Shown in pieces: positions 30,168 to 39,603 of a stretch of 64,000 nt of DNA; position 1 is the first letter of the stretch; every line of letters begins with the position of its first letter. The stretch covers positions 2,048,001 to 2,112,000 of the forward strand of contig OY776215.1 in NCBI GenBank assembly GCA_963675495.1, in the 5' to 3' direction. The notes under the pieces were generated by a model. It saw only the letters and a list, made by a program, of their open reading frames with translations, was not told where the DNA came from and searched no databases. A program made the translations under genes and the position numbers. The DNA is from an uncultured Methanolobus sp. (GTDB lineage: Archaea > Halobacteriota > Methanosarcinia > Methanosarcinales > Methanosarcinaceae).

Positions 30168-31280
30168 ATGACAATAAAGACCCTCTACATAGATGACGAA
30201 GAAATTGATCTAGCAAGAAATAAAGACTATTTTGAAACATACGCAGATAATCGCTTTGAATTAGTAACTTGTAGACCTTTTGATTTGTCTGAGGTTTATA
30301 GGTGCATAAATACCTGCTCACCGGAATTAATTTTAGTGGATCTTGATTTAAGTTCTGCTGATGAGAATGATCATGTAATTGGGCTCAATGGTTTAACCTT
30401 AATGACAGAAATCAGACAAAATTTCCAGGGAATTCCTCTTGTTCTTTTCACTAAAAAAAGTCTGTTTGAAAGTGATATCTTACCAGTTCCTGAAAGCTTA
30501 CTTTACACTATTGATCTAATTGTGTATAAAGAACAGGTGTCCAAGCATGATCCTACATTATTAGATGAATTGTACAGTCTTGCTAATGGATATCATATAT
30601 TGAGAGAACATAGCGAACTTAATTGGGAAAAAGTTCTTGAATTATTGGGAGCTGATGAAGAAGATTATGATGACATAAAAGCATCCTCACCTCCTGGGTT
30701 ATTAACAAATGTCTCTCTTTATTCAACTATTGAAATTTCAAAATGGATAAGAAAAATATTACTCCAATTTCCAGGAATTATATATGACTCATTGCATGCT
30801 GCGACTTTCTTAGGTATTTCTGAAAAGGAGTTTTTAACAGAAGAAATCCAACGTCATTTTTCAGAAGCAGAATATTCAGGATTATTTTCTACTCCGGAAC
30901 TTAAAAAATACTGGTGGAAATCGAAGCTATCCAAGATTGCCTACACAGGCATGAACGATGACGAATCAAGGATTCCACTCCGCAAAGCCTTCCCTACTGT
31001 TTGGGAAAGAATGAATTGTAGTGAGTTAGAAAAAGCAAAATGTGTCTGTAGTGGAGAGTTTCCAGCAGAATGGGTATGTTATATTCTCAAAAAACCAGTG
31101 ATGTTAAAATATTCACTTTTGTACCACCCAGATTCAAGGCCAGAAATAATGGATGAAGCAAGAGTTTCATTTAAAGCAGTTATTACTTCAAATGAAATTA
31201 ATGATGATTTAATTGATTCTATGTCAAAAGATACATTAAAAAATATTAGGCGCAGTGGGGGAAAATACTGTGGAGATTAA
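30168..31280 (+). CDS. Receiver (REC) domain protein with large unknown C-terminal region
   Basis: LYIDDE, ILVDLDL phosphoacceptor, NGL, LFT; starts 3 nt after the kinase stop. Confidence 0.82.
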   Translation: MTIKTLYIDDEEIDLARNKDYFETYADNRFELVTCRPFDLSEVYRCINTCSPELILVDLDLSSADENDHVIGLNGLTLMTEIRQNFQGIPLVLFTKKSLFESDILPVPESLLYTIDLIVYKEQVSKHDPTLLDELYSLANGYHILREHSELNWEKVLELLGADEEDYDDIKASSPPGLLTNVSLYSTIEISKWIRKILLQFPGIIYDSLHAATFLGISEKEFLTEEIQRHFSEAEYSGLFSTPELKKYWWKSKLSKIAYTGMNDDESRIPLRKAFPTVWERMNCSELEKAKCVCSGEFPAEWVCYILKKPVMLKYSLLYHPDSRPEIMDEARVSFKAVITSNEINDDLIDSMSKDTLKNIRRSGGKYCGD

Positions 31281-32055
31281 AGAATATCCCAAAAATCTAA
31301 ATCTGTTAGCGAAAAATAAACATTTATTTAGATTTTTTGATGGCCGCAGTCGATCAATGTTAATAAAGCAAGCAGATGATTTAGCTAACGCATTAAATAG
31401 AAGTGGAGCTACTAATCCTTGTTGGAGTTTTTGTATTCCAAGAGATACGCCCTTTGAGTTCATTCAGAATAATGGATTACAAGTTGACATTTCTTGTATA
31501 ATCGAAGGGAAAGGCAACAATATATCAAAGCAAAATTTTGAGATAAGAATTTGGTCACTGGACGAAAACTTAAGCTACAGAGAAGGAATTGATTCTCCAG
31601 AGCTTAGAGCTGAATTGGAACAATCTAGCTGGAAAAGAGTAGTTTCTCGTTTTCATTTTGATTTACGAGTAGATGACAGCGGAATGGAGGATAACGAAGA
31701 GAAAAGAAAAAAGAAAAAGAATAAAATTCCAGAGCCTATTTGTCATCTACAAGTGGGTGGTGATTCTGGCAGTTTTGTAACAAATGGTTACCAAGACATC
31801 AAAGAAAACTGCTGGCACCCTAAAAAAGTAGCAGTCCCTCGATTTTTCCATCTACCTTTTGATATGATACTTATATGCGAGTTTATACTAGTTAATTTCT
31901 TTCCAAATGAAACAGAAGATTTGCGCAAAAGAGACGAATGGATTCAATTGGTCAAAGATAGTGAAGAATTGTTTTTTAAACCCTATCTTGAAATGTATAT
32001 TAATTATTTTTATGATGATAGAGAGACAATGCTTGGAAACCTCATTTCAACTTAA
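31270..32055 (+). CDS. Hypothetical protein, DUF2290-like motif pattern
   Basis: RFHFD...PICHLQVGG...PRFFHLPFD..L...IL.NFF; GTG 31270 (or 31255) overlaps the REC stop. Confidence 0.7.
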   Translation: MEIKEYPKNLNLLAKNKHLFRFFDGRSRSMLIKQADDLANALNRSGATNPCWSFCIPRDTPFEFIQNNGLQVDISCIIEGKGNNISKQNFEIRIWSLDENLSYREGIDSPELRAELEQSSWKRVVSRFHFDLRVDDSGMEDNEEKRKKKKNKIPEPICHLQVGGDSGSFVTNGYQDIKENCWHPKKVAVPRFFHLPFDMILICEFILVNFFPNETEDLRKRDEWIQLVKDSEELFFKPYLEMYINYFYDDRETMLGNLIST

Positions 32056-33693
32056 GCACAATGGTTTACTGCTCCCTAACTTTTCTGCCTGCAGAATATT
32101 TAATACTATAGTATCCAATTCATTTTCTGTTAGAGGCACATTCTCCTTCACTTTTTTACCTATGAATTTAATAGTTTTGATATTGGGCAATCTTAAATTT
32201 TTGATATCAGATGCATTCACTTGCGTATGTCCATTCAAAGATCTAAAGTATTTATCTACAATAGAAGAATTAAAAAGAGATGCAAGACCCCACGCCTCTT
32301 CTTCAGTAAGTTCGCCATTTACTCTATAAATACAGTTTAAATGATTTTCAATACCAATATATTGATGAGTGCTAAATTCCGATTTATTCAATACTGATGC
32401 ATACAGCCTGCGATTTTGTTCTTTTGAACTGAATCTTTTCAATAAAACATAATTTTGAATTGGCAAAAGCATCTTCTTAGTAGATAAATTTACTTTGATA
32501 CATCTTTCTTTCTTGTTACTACTTGCAGGCCATATTATTTTTAGACCTTGGAGATTATGCATCCACAGTAATGGAGCAACATTTGATTTTTTAGAACAAT
32601 CACTGAGATTCTCTCTAGTCCTGAATGGCACAACAGCTCCAGTAGATACAGACAAACCAAAATCCTGTAAAGTATTCGGCCATTCATCTAATTCAGTTAA
32701 AATTTCTATATCTGCAGCGGATGTGGGCACTCTTATAAAAATATCATTATTGTTACTATACAAGACACTTTTCTGATTGGCTTCAATTAGTGTCAAATCA
32801 TCAAATGATTTTCCTTTACTGTAAGTAATCTTTATTGTGTCATCTTTTTTTGACTTATTATTAATAACTTTGAAGATAATATTTTCCTGGAGTATTCCAT
32901 CTTCTACAAACAAGTCCTTTCTAGATTCAAAAAGATGTAGCTGCTTGAAAGAAATAGCATTTGTGAACCATTTCCTGAATTTCTGATAATAATATCCAGA
33001 ACAAAAACTTCTAGGAGTTATAAACACCATTTCTCCATTTTTTTGTAACATCTTGACAGATAATGCCATGAAAGAAGCATAGATATTAGTGTGCCCATAA
33101 TCTTGGCATTTCATCGCTATGGACTGTGGTGAATTCTTATTCAGTTTATAGTATGGAGGGTTTGAAACGATCACATCATAATAAATTAATTTATCTTGTT
33201 CCCATGGTGCAATCAAAGATTTATTCAAGTATTTTGCATTGTGCAAAACAAAATCTTGTTCGTAAATGTTGTATTTAAAAGTATGTGATTTTTCATTTAA
33301 CAGCTTCTTACATGATTGTAGTACTCTCTTTAACAGTGGTAGTAATGAAGGATCATTTTCATAGCAATCCACAGTTAAAACAATGGGTTTTTTACGTTCT
33401 ACAAGAATACGATTGCAAATTGCTGCAATTAAAATCCCAGAACCAGAACCAGGATCCAAAACTCGTATTTTCTCCTGATCTATATCTATCAATGAAGACA
33501 TGTAACAAGCAACTTCTGCAGGTGTGAAAAATTGTCCATGGATTTTTCTATAATCATAGTCATAGAATTGTCTAAATAGCTTAGACAGACCTATAGCATA
33601 TGAAACCAAGTCATCTTCCTTATTTATTGCAGGAATATTCACTTCATTCATCGTTGTCTCCGATTCATGTTGCAGGAAATATTTGAACATCAA
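32047..33693 (-). CDS. N6-adenine DNA methyltransferase, Eco57I/PstI/BsuBI-like
   Basis: GQFFTP, LDPGSGSG, NPPY, TPRSFCSG.Y, KRFSSKE, IENHLN, NGHTQVNA. Confidence 0.92.
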   Translation of the reverse strand: MMFKYFLQHESETTMNEVNIPAINKEDDLVSYAIGLSKLFRQFYDYDYRKIHGQFFTPAEVACYMSSLIDIDQEKIRVLDPGSGSGILIAAICNRILVERKKPIVLTVDCYENDPSLLPLLKRVLQSCKKLLNEKSHTFKYNIYEQDFVLHNAKYLNKSLIAPWEQDKLIYYDVIVSNPPYYKLNKNSPQSIAMKCQDYGHTNIYASFMALSVKMLQKNGEMVFITPRSFCSGYYYQKFRKWFTNAISFKQLHLFESRKDLFVEDGILQENIIFKVINNKSKKDDTIKITYSKGKSFDDLTLIEANQKSVLYSNNNDIFIRVPTSAADIEILTELDEWPNTLQDFGLSVSTGAVVPFRTRENLSDCSKKSNVAPLLWMHNLQGLKIIWPASSNKKERCIKVNLSTKKMLLPIQNYVLLKRFSSKEQNRRLYASVLNKSEFSTHQYIGIENHLNCIYRVNGELTEEEAWGLASLFNSSIVDKYFRSLNGHTQVNASDIKNLRLPNIKTIKFIGKKVKENVPLTENELDTIVLNILQAEKLGSSKPLCLS

Positions 33694-33946
33694 GAATAAG
33701 TATAATCACATATAAACTATGATGGTTATTATTGTTATTATTATTATTATTAAATTTTTGGAATATATATCTTTGGTTTTTAGATTTCTCTCTTGGAGAC
33801 CACATCTGTCATCAAAATCACCTTTTTGTAACTCTCGTTTCAGTTGTAGAGATTATCCAAATAGCTCATTGTCCACTGAATCAGTTAAGCGTCCTCTCAT
33901 TAGCTAGGTTTGATACTTAACGACTTTAGAGACAGATTGCTATGTA

Positions 33947-34245
33947 TCAACCAGACATTACCTCGATTAGAGCAGGTCGCACTTTCTTATAGCTCACCTT
34001 TGAGTTGTTGAGCTTATCCAGATAGTTAGTCATCAACACTGAACCATTTGAATGTCCTATCATATATTTAATAAGAGATTCCTGAATCCCTGCTTTCACA
34101 CACTTGTCAATGAAGAAGTTACGACCATATTTAAGTGAAAGCCCATTTAGCCGAATGTACTTTCTTGCGTAGTTTTCACTAATTTCAGTTCTCTTTAACT
34201 GTTTTGCAAACTCGACGGGCATGGATGCTTTGAAGGCTTTTTTTG
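33947..34245 (-). pseudogene. C-terminal remnant of an SSV1-type tyrosine integrase
   Basis: KKAFKASMP.EF, KYGRNFF, IKYMIGH, ..NYL catalytic Tyr; N-terminal part missing. Confidence 0.75.
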
Positions 34246-34350
34246 CATCGAAGTATACTGAAAAAATAAACCATCACAAAAGAATACAGAATCTATATAA
34301 TCTATGGGGGAACATCATTATTTGTTCATAAATTTAGAGGAGTGGAGTAA

Positions 34351-35271
34351 ATGAAATTATACAAAATAATTGTGGCTTTGCTTGTTGCAACAACTGTCCT
34401 TTTATCAGGCTGTGCTGAGCAACCCCAGGCAGAAGAAATGGATATTGTAGAGACCGCGGTAGCTGCCGGCTCATTTAATACTCTTGTGACTGCACTGCAG
34501 GCAACAGGACTTGATGAAACCTTAAGCGGTGAAGGACCATTTACAGTATTTGCACCAACTGATGAAGCATTTGATGCATTGCCCGAAGGTACCCTTGATT
34601 CATTGTTGGAAGATGAGGAGGCACTTACAGCCATACTTACCTACCATGTAGTTGCAGGTGAAGCGATGTCAACAGATCTGTCCGATATGATGGCTCTTGA
34701 AACGGTACAGGGCGAAGAGGTTATCGTACACATAACCGACGGGAATGTAATGGTTGGTGATGCAAACGTAGTACAGGCAGATATTGAAACCAGCAATGGA
34801 GTCATCCACGTAATAGATAAGGTCATACTGCCACCATCTATGATGGAAGCCGATGAAATGGATATTGTAGAAACCGCAATAGATGCTGGTTCATTTACCA
34901 CTCTTGTGACTGCACTTCAGGCAACAGGACTTGATGAAACCTTAAGCGGTGAAGGACCATTTACAGTATTTGCACCAACTGATGACGCATTTGATGCATT
35001 GCCCGAAGGTACCCTTGATTCATTGTTGGAAGATGAGGAAGCACTTACAGCCATACTTACCTACCATGTAGTTGCAGGTGAAGCAATGTCAACAGATCTG
35101 TCCGATATGATGGCTCTTGAAACTGTTCAGGGTGAAGAGGTTATCGTACACATAACCGACGGGAATGTAATGGTTGGTGATGCAAACGTAGTACAGGCAG
35201 ATATTGAAACCAGTAATGGAGTTATTCACGTAATAGATATGGTCATACTGCCACCGTCTACGAATAATTAA
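34351..35271 (+). CDS. Fasciclin (FAS1) domain lipoprotein, two domains
   Basis: LSGC lipobox; [24 protein letters not shown] twice. Confidence 0.95.
   Translation: MKLYKIIVALLVATTVLLSGCAEQPQAEEMDIVETAVAAGSFNTLVTALQATGLDETLSGEGPFTVFAPTDEAFDALPEGTLDSLLEDEEALTAILTYHVVAGEAMSTDLSDMMALETVQGEEVIVHITDGNVMVGDANVVQADIETSNGVIHVIDKVILPPSMMEADEMDIVETAIDAGSFTTLVTALQATGLDETLSGEGPFTVFAPTDDAFDALPEGTLDSLLEDEEALTAILTYHVVAGEAMSTDLSDMMALETVQGEEVIVHITDGNVMVGDANVVQADIETSNGVIHVIDMVILPPSTNN
34435..35258 (+). repeat. Near-identical direct duplication, 420-nt period
   Basis: Sequence lines at 34501-34800 and 34921-35220 are nearly identical. Confidence 0.92.
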
Positions 35272-35598
35272 TAGTTTTTTCTCTTTTTTTCTTTTTACTT
35301 CTATAAGACACTGGCTTCTTCTTCGCTAGGTTATTCAAGCTCAGGTATCCTGTTTGGTTAATTAATACCATTCCTACATTTATGATATTTATCTGGCATG
35401 AGCAGTCAGAGTTAATAGATTCAGCATCCTTCTTCTTCTTCTTCTTCATGCAATTGAGAGTACCCGTAGAGGATTCCATTTTTTTATTCTGAATAAGAGT
35501 ACTAATTGTTCGACAAGAATTCCAAAAACTCCCCACTTCCAAACACCCGCATAGTTCTTTTACAAACATAACATAATTCTAATAAAAAGGAGAATCTC

Positions 35599-35730
35599 AT
35601 GGCAAGATATTGTAAAATATGCGGAGCAAAAAGTGGAAGATGCAATCATCTGGTAGTCGATTTCGGTGCAAAGGAACAGAATACGAATGAAAAACAGTAT
35701 GAAGCTAAAAATTCAGACAACAAAAGCTAA
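35599..35730 (+). CDS. Small putative zinc-binding protein (43 aa)
   Basis: AAGGAG SD; MARYCKICGAKSGRCNHLVVDF...; CxxC...CxH; below the ORF-track cutoff. Confidence 0.6.
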   Translation: MARYCKICGAKSGRCNHLVVDFGAKEQNTNEKQYEAKNSDNKS

Positions 35731-35774
35731 TTTCAATACGCATACTTCTTTTTAATTCAAACAAAAGTGATACT

Positions 35775-36290
35775 ATGTTACTAAAATTCAAATCCACAAG
35801 TCCTAAAATCTCCTCGACAGCCTTCGTAGCCGATAATGCAACGGTGATTGGCAATGTCATCATATCAGACGAGTCAAGTGTATGGTTCAATGCGGTTATT
35901 CGTGGTGATTCTGACTTGATAAGCATCGGGAAGAGAACAAGCATACAGGACAACGTTGTAATCCACACGGATGCGCCGCATAAGGTTGAGATAGGGGATG
36001 ATGTCACAGTTGGGCATGGAGCTGTGGTGCATGGGTGCAAGATTGGTAACAACGTGCTCATCGGGATGAACGCCACGGTGCTGGGTGGTGTTGAGATCGG
36101 TGAGAACTGCATCATCGGGGCGAATGCACTGGTGCCTCCGGGAAAAAAGATACCTGCGGGAAGTCTGGTTGTAGGTGTGCCGGGGAAGGTGCAGAGACAG
36201 CTCAGCGATGAGGACATCGCTCATATAACTGAGAATGCGGCGGAATATGTCAGTTTGCTCAAAGAATACAAAAAGATGCAGGATAAGTGA
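35775..36290 (+). CDS. Gamma-class carbonic anhydrase family (CamH/YrdA-like)
   Basis: Hexapeptide repeats, IRGD, IQDNVVIH, GH...HGC. Confidence 0.93.
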   Translation: MLLKFKSTSPKISSTAFVADNATVIGNVIISDESSVWFNAVIRGDSDLISIGKRTSIQDNVVIHTDAPHKVEIGDDVTVGHGAVVHGCKIGNNVLIGMNATVLGGVEIGENCIIGANALVPPGKKIPAGSLVVGVPGKVQRQLSDEDIAHITENAAEYVSLLKEYKKMQDK

Positions 36291-36319
36291 CATGTCCTGC
36301 CAGGGTGAGTCTGCTAAAG

Positions 36320-36697
36320 TCAAATGATGGTTAATACATATGCGATAATTCCAATTGCAAACAAAGCTGTGAATATCATAATTGTCTTTTTTCTCAGTTC
36401 TTTCTCTTTTTGCGTAAAAGGTCTTAATTCGTGCTGGTGTTTCTTTTCCAGGTTAGAGCCGATGAAGGTACCAATGACCAGACCAACCAGATATCCTGCA
36501 AAGATGCTTTCAAGTACAATAGCAATAGGGATACCTATTACAATACCGATTGCAAGTCCCCGTCCCATATAATGACCTCTGGGGTACTTTCCAGTTGCTT
36601 TGAATTCTTCTCTTTTAAGCTTGAATGCAAGTAGTGACATCACAAGTCCTGCAAGCAGCAGCACAAAGATGATTATCATAACAAAAGAATATGCCAT
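36320..36697 (-). CDS. Hypothetical membrane protein
   Basis: Hydrophobic segments, G.G.AIGI..G motif, LRP.T..E. Confidence 0.7.
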   Translation of the reverse strand: MAYSFVMIIIFVLLLAGLVMSLLAFKLKREEFKATGKYPRGHYMGRGLAIGIVIGIPIAIVLESIFAGYLVGLVIGTFIGSNLEKKHQHELRPFTQKEKELRKKTIMIFTALFAIGIIAYVLTII

Positions 36698-36890
36698 GCA
36701 TCTGGTTTTGTCTCCTTTTACTTAATAGTTTACGGACAGGGGGATTTATCTGTGACTTATTCAACTGGCGGGATTTACAAATACTAGTGATGTGTAATAT
36801 AAAGTGGAGTAAATAATTTCCTGTTTTCTTCATTGGGGTGAAGATACAGGAATAAGCCGAATTCAGGCTCATTTTAAAAGGAGTGAAACA

Positions 36891-37691
36891 ATGATAGTTG
36901 GGGACATAATGACTACAAATCTGGTATGCATAAAAGAAAATGATCTGATGACACATGCCAGAAAACTATTGCGTGATAATTTCCTTCATGGTCTTCCTGT
37001 GCTGGATGATAAAAGCACTGTAGTGGGGATGTTGGATGATCAGGATATACTCCGGTTGCACTCGAACAAATCTGAAGTAACAGTTGGTGGGTATGCACGT
37101 GAGTTCCCATTGATACTTCCTGATATGGAACTACGGGACGTGGCAAAAGCGCTTGTCGATGCACAGCAACACCGTGCTCCAGTACTAAGATCATCAACGG
37201 ATAAAACAATTGCAGGCATAGTGAGCGATACGAATCTCCTGAATCAGGTCCGTCTCACAAAACTCCCGCCAAAAGAGGTAGGGGAAATTATGAATAAAAA
37301 GGTAAGGACTGCATATCCTGATGACAGTATTTCCAAGATATGGGGCAATATGCTGGAATGGGATTATACGGGCATACCCGTAATATCTCACAAAGACGAG
37401 GTCATGGGGATGATCTCCAGGGGCGATATCATAAAAGCCGGATTTGCCAGAACAGGTAACCGTTCAAATGATTTTCACGATAGCGGATCAGGAGACGCTC
37501 CGAAAGTGGAAAAACTGATGTCCACACCTCTTTATTCGATCAGTTCCAGCACAACGATATCCAAAGCCATCGAAACCCTCCTTCACTATGATGTTGGCCG
37601 TATATGTGTCACTGAAGATAAGAAGCTCATAGGCATCGTGGACAGGTTCTCTCTCCTGAAAGAATGCCTTGCGGGTCCGGGTTTTGCATAA
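36891..37691 (+). CDS. CBS domain protein
   Basis: Four CBS motifs (HGLPV, YTGIPV, VGRI). Confidence 0.9.
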   Translation: MIVGDIMTTNLVCIKENDLMTHARKLLRDNFLHGLPVLDDKSTVVGMLDDQDILRLHSNKSEVTVGGYAREFPLILPDMELRDVAKALVDAQQHRAPVLRSSTDKTIAGIVSDTNLLNQVRLTKLPPKEVGEIMNKKVRTAYPDDSISKIWGNMLEWDYTGIPVISHKDEVMGMISRGDIIKAGFARTGNRSNDFHDSGSGDAPKVEKLMSTPLYSISSSTTISKAIETLLHYDVGRICVTEDKKLIGIVDRFSLLKECLAGPGFA

Positions 37692-37801
37692 AAAATGGCA
37701 GAACCTTTGTTTTTTCAATATTAGTATGTCATTAAATAATTTCATGCCTTTAAAATTTAATCAAGGTTTAACTTAAGTACTGATAAATGGTAAATGTTAT
37801 T

Positions 37802-37901
37802 AAGGGTTGGAGGGTGGCTTACAAAAGGAATGTTTCTGAAGGAAACACCTCTATATAAGGGTGGATGTGGAGGTATTTCTTTTTAGAACATCAAACCTTT
37901 T
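37802..37901 (+). ncRNA. Candidate intergenic sRNA with G-rich motifs
   Basis: Long imperfect hairpin 37823-37901 with G-U pairs on the + strand, GGGTTGGAGGGTGG 5' motif, upstream TATA-like CTTAAGTA, downstream U-tracts. Confidence 0.4.
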
Positions 37902-38010
37902 TCTGGATTTTTTTGGAAATATGCAGAGATTGTGAATTTATTATCTATTTTTCAAACGTTGATTTCAATAAATATGGCTACGTACATTTGTAGCTCATAA
38001 ACAATTTCAT

Positions 38011-38871
38011 TTATTTCCAGCATGAAGCTTCAGGTATTCCCTGTCTCAGTCTTTCTAACTGGAATTTCTTTGCTTCGTTGTATCTTCTCCATAACAGGAA
38101 AAAACCAATAACTGCCACAATTACCTGACCCATGAATACATTTACTACTGACTGCGGGAATATGGCTAATACATCAGGCAGACCGTTCCATAGTCCATGG
38201 AGTGCTGCTACTGTCAGATATGCACCGATTACCTTGTAGTTGATATGAAAGATACGTGGTCCACTTTCCCTGAACATCACACTAACAAGGATGGCTGTCC
38301 ATGTACCATGTCCTATGGGTGCGATAACTCCTCTTATCAGTGTGATAAGAACTGTCTGAGAAAGGCTGCCACCGCTTGCCAAAAATGCTGTGAAAGCGTA
38401 ACCGGTGCTTTCAAGTGCTGCAAACCCCATTCCAGAGGCTGCACCAAGGATAAGTCCGTCCATCTCGGAATCATGGAGACAACGCTTGGCAATTACCAGG
38501 ACACCTAATATCTTGGCAAACTCTTCTATCAGTCCGACCTCAAAAGAATAGAGTAGTTCATGCTGTGACAGGAATATCGGTTCCAGTGTAGCCGCGGCAA
38601 GAACTCCCAGAAGTCCCCCGTAAAAGAATGCCCATGCCGTTGTTGGCATGTCAAGTTTGCTCAAGTGTCTTCTCTGGTAGAAAAAAGCTACATACGTGAT
38701 AGGTACAAGAAAATTACCAAGCATGACCACCGTGGGGAATATGTTTGTATTGCGGGTTGCTGCAAGCGCGAACACTCCGAATATGTACAGGAATAACCCG
38801 CCTGTGAATACCTTAAGCCAGGACAGGTTTCGCTCGTTTTTCGTTTCTTCGTAGATACCTGGTTCTTCCAT
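38011..38871 (-). CDS. PrsW-family intramembrane metalloprotease
   Basis: EEFAK, GMGFAALES, GH..WT, LHGLWN. Confidence 0.9.
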   Translation of the reverse strand: MEEPGIYEETKNERNLSWLKVFTGGLFLYIFGVFALAATRNTNIFPTVVMLGNFLVPITYVAFFYQRRHLSKLDMPTTAWAFFYGGLLGVLAAATLEPIFLSQHELLYSFEVGLIEEFAKILGVLVIAKRCLHDSEMDGLILGAASGMGFAALESTGYAFTAFLASGGSLSQTVLITLIRGVIAPIGHGTWTAILVSVMFRESGPRIFHINYKVIGAYLTVAALHGLWNGLPDVLAIFPQSVVNVFMGQVIVAVIGFFLLWRRYNEAKKFQLERLRQGIPEASCWK

Positions 38872-39127
38872 GTATGGTTACCATTAAAGGATAATTCTCA
38901 TTTTAGTTTGCATAGTGAGTGTGAGCGATATTTCCGCAAAATATTCCTAAGCGCATCTCTACTTCAGTACATATTTTCCAGTATTATCTTTTAACTTCTG
39001 TAATAATAACAAACTTAATCATTATTAAAACATGCTGGATTCTCACTTCATTCGAATTTTTAATATAGGGTATGTTCTCATATCGTAACCGATATAATTG
39101 TTCTTACTTTGCATGGAGTTATCACAG

Positions 39128-39589
39128 ATGCGAGAATCAGCTAAAGATAATATGATTACCGAGTGGGAAAGAAAACAGCTTCTTGCAGCTCTGCATGCCC
39201 GACTTTTCTGGGTGGGCGAGGAAGTACCATACTCAGTTGAGATAAAAGGCCGTAAGTGTAAGTTGCATGATCTTGTCTGGGATCTCATAAACAAGAATAC
39301 GCTATCAACTGACGATATAAAGCATATCGATATGTACATTTCTTATCTTAGGGATAAGGAAAAAGGGGATGAACTGGAGTTAGCTACAAAGAAACTCTCA
39401 CACAAAGAGGCAAAGACTCTTTTTGATGAGACTGCCGGGCTACTGCGGGCAATAATGGACCTAAAGGATATTGAAGACGGAACCACAAAAGAGAAGGAAA
39501 AGGAATTTCATGATACTTTTTCCCGGGAGCGTGTAGCTGAAGCACGCAGGTGGCTTCAATTCCTCAAAGATAGTGGGAGCTTACAATAG
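39128..39589 (+). CDS. Conserved archaeal hypothetical protein (DUF5788-like)
   Basis: ERKQLL..LH..LFWVGE..P, GLLRAIMDL, ARRW..FL. Confidence 0.75.
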   Translation: MRESAKDNMITEWERKQLLAALHARLFWVGEEVPYSVEIKGRKCKLHDLVWDLINKNTLSTDDIKHIDMYISYLRDKEKGDELELATKKLSHKEAKTLFDETAGLLRAIMDLKDIEDGTTKEKEKEFHDTFSRERVAEARRWLQFLKDSGSLQ

Positions 39590-39603
39590 GCCAAATGGAA
39601 TGT

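Larger units (their letters stand above)
27468..34250. mobile_element. Degenerate integrative element/genomic island at tRNA-Gly
   Basis: Starts at the tRNA 3' end, visibly more AT-rich than flanks, defence-type cargo, ends in a tyrosine-recombinase fragment; no attR copy seen. Confidence 0.75.

Noticed and set aside
33719-33920. Short ORFs over the (ATT)n run upstream of the MTase
   Set aside because: Simple low-complexity AT tract with no coding signal
34245-34350. attR direct repeat of the tRNA-Gly 3' end
   Set aside because: No match to GGGTTCGAGTCCCGGCAGTCGCA seen here or noticed elsewhere in the window
35258-35569. 103-aa minus-strand ORF with poly-Lys
   Set aside because: Arises from CTT/T-rich terminator-like tracts; no supporting features
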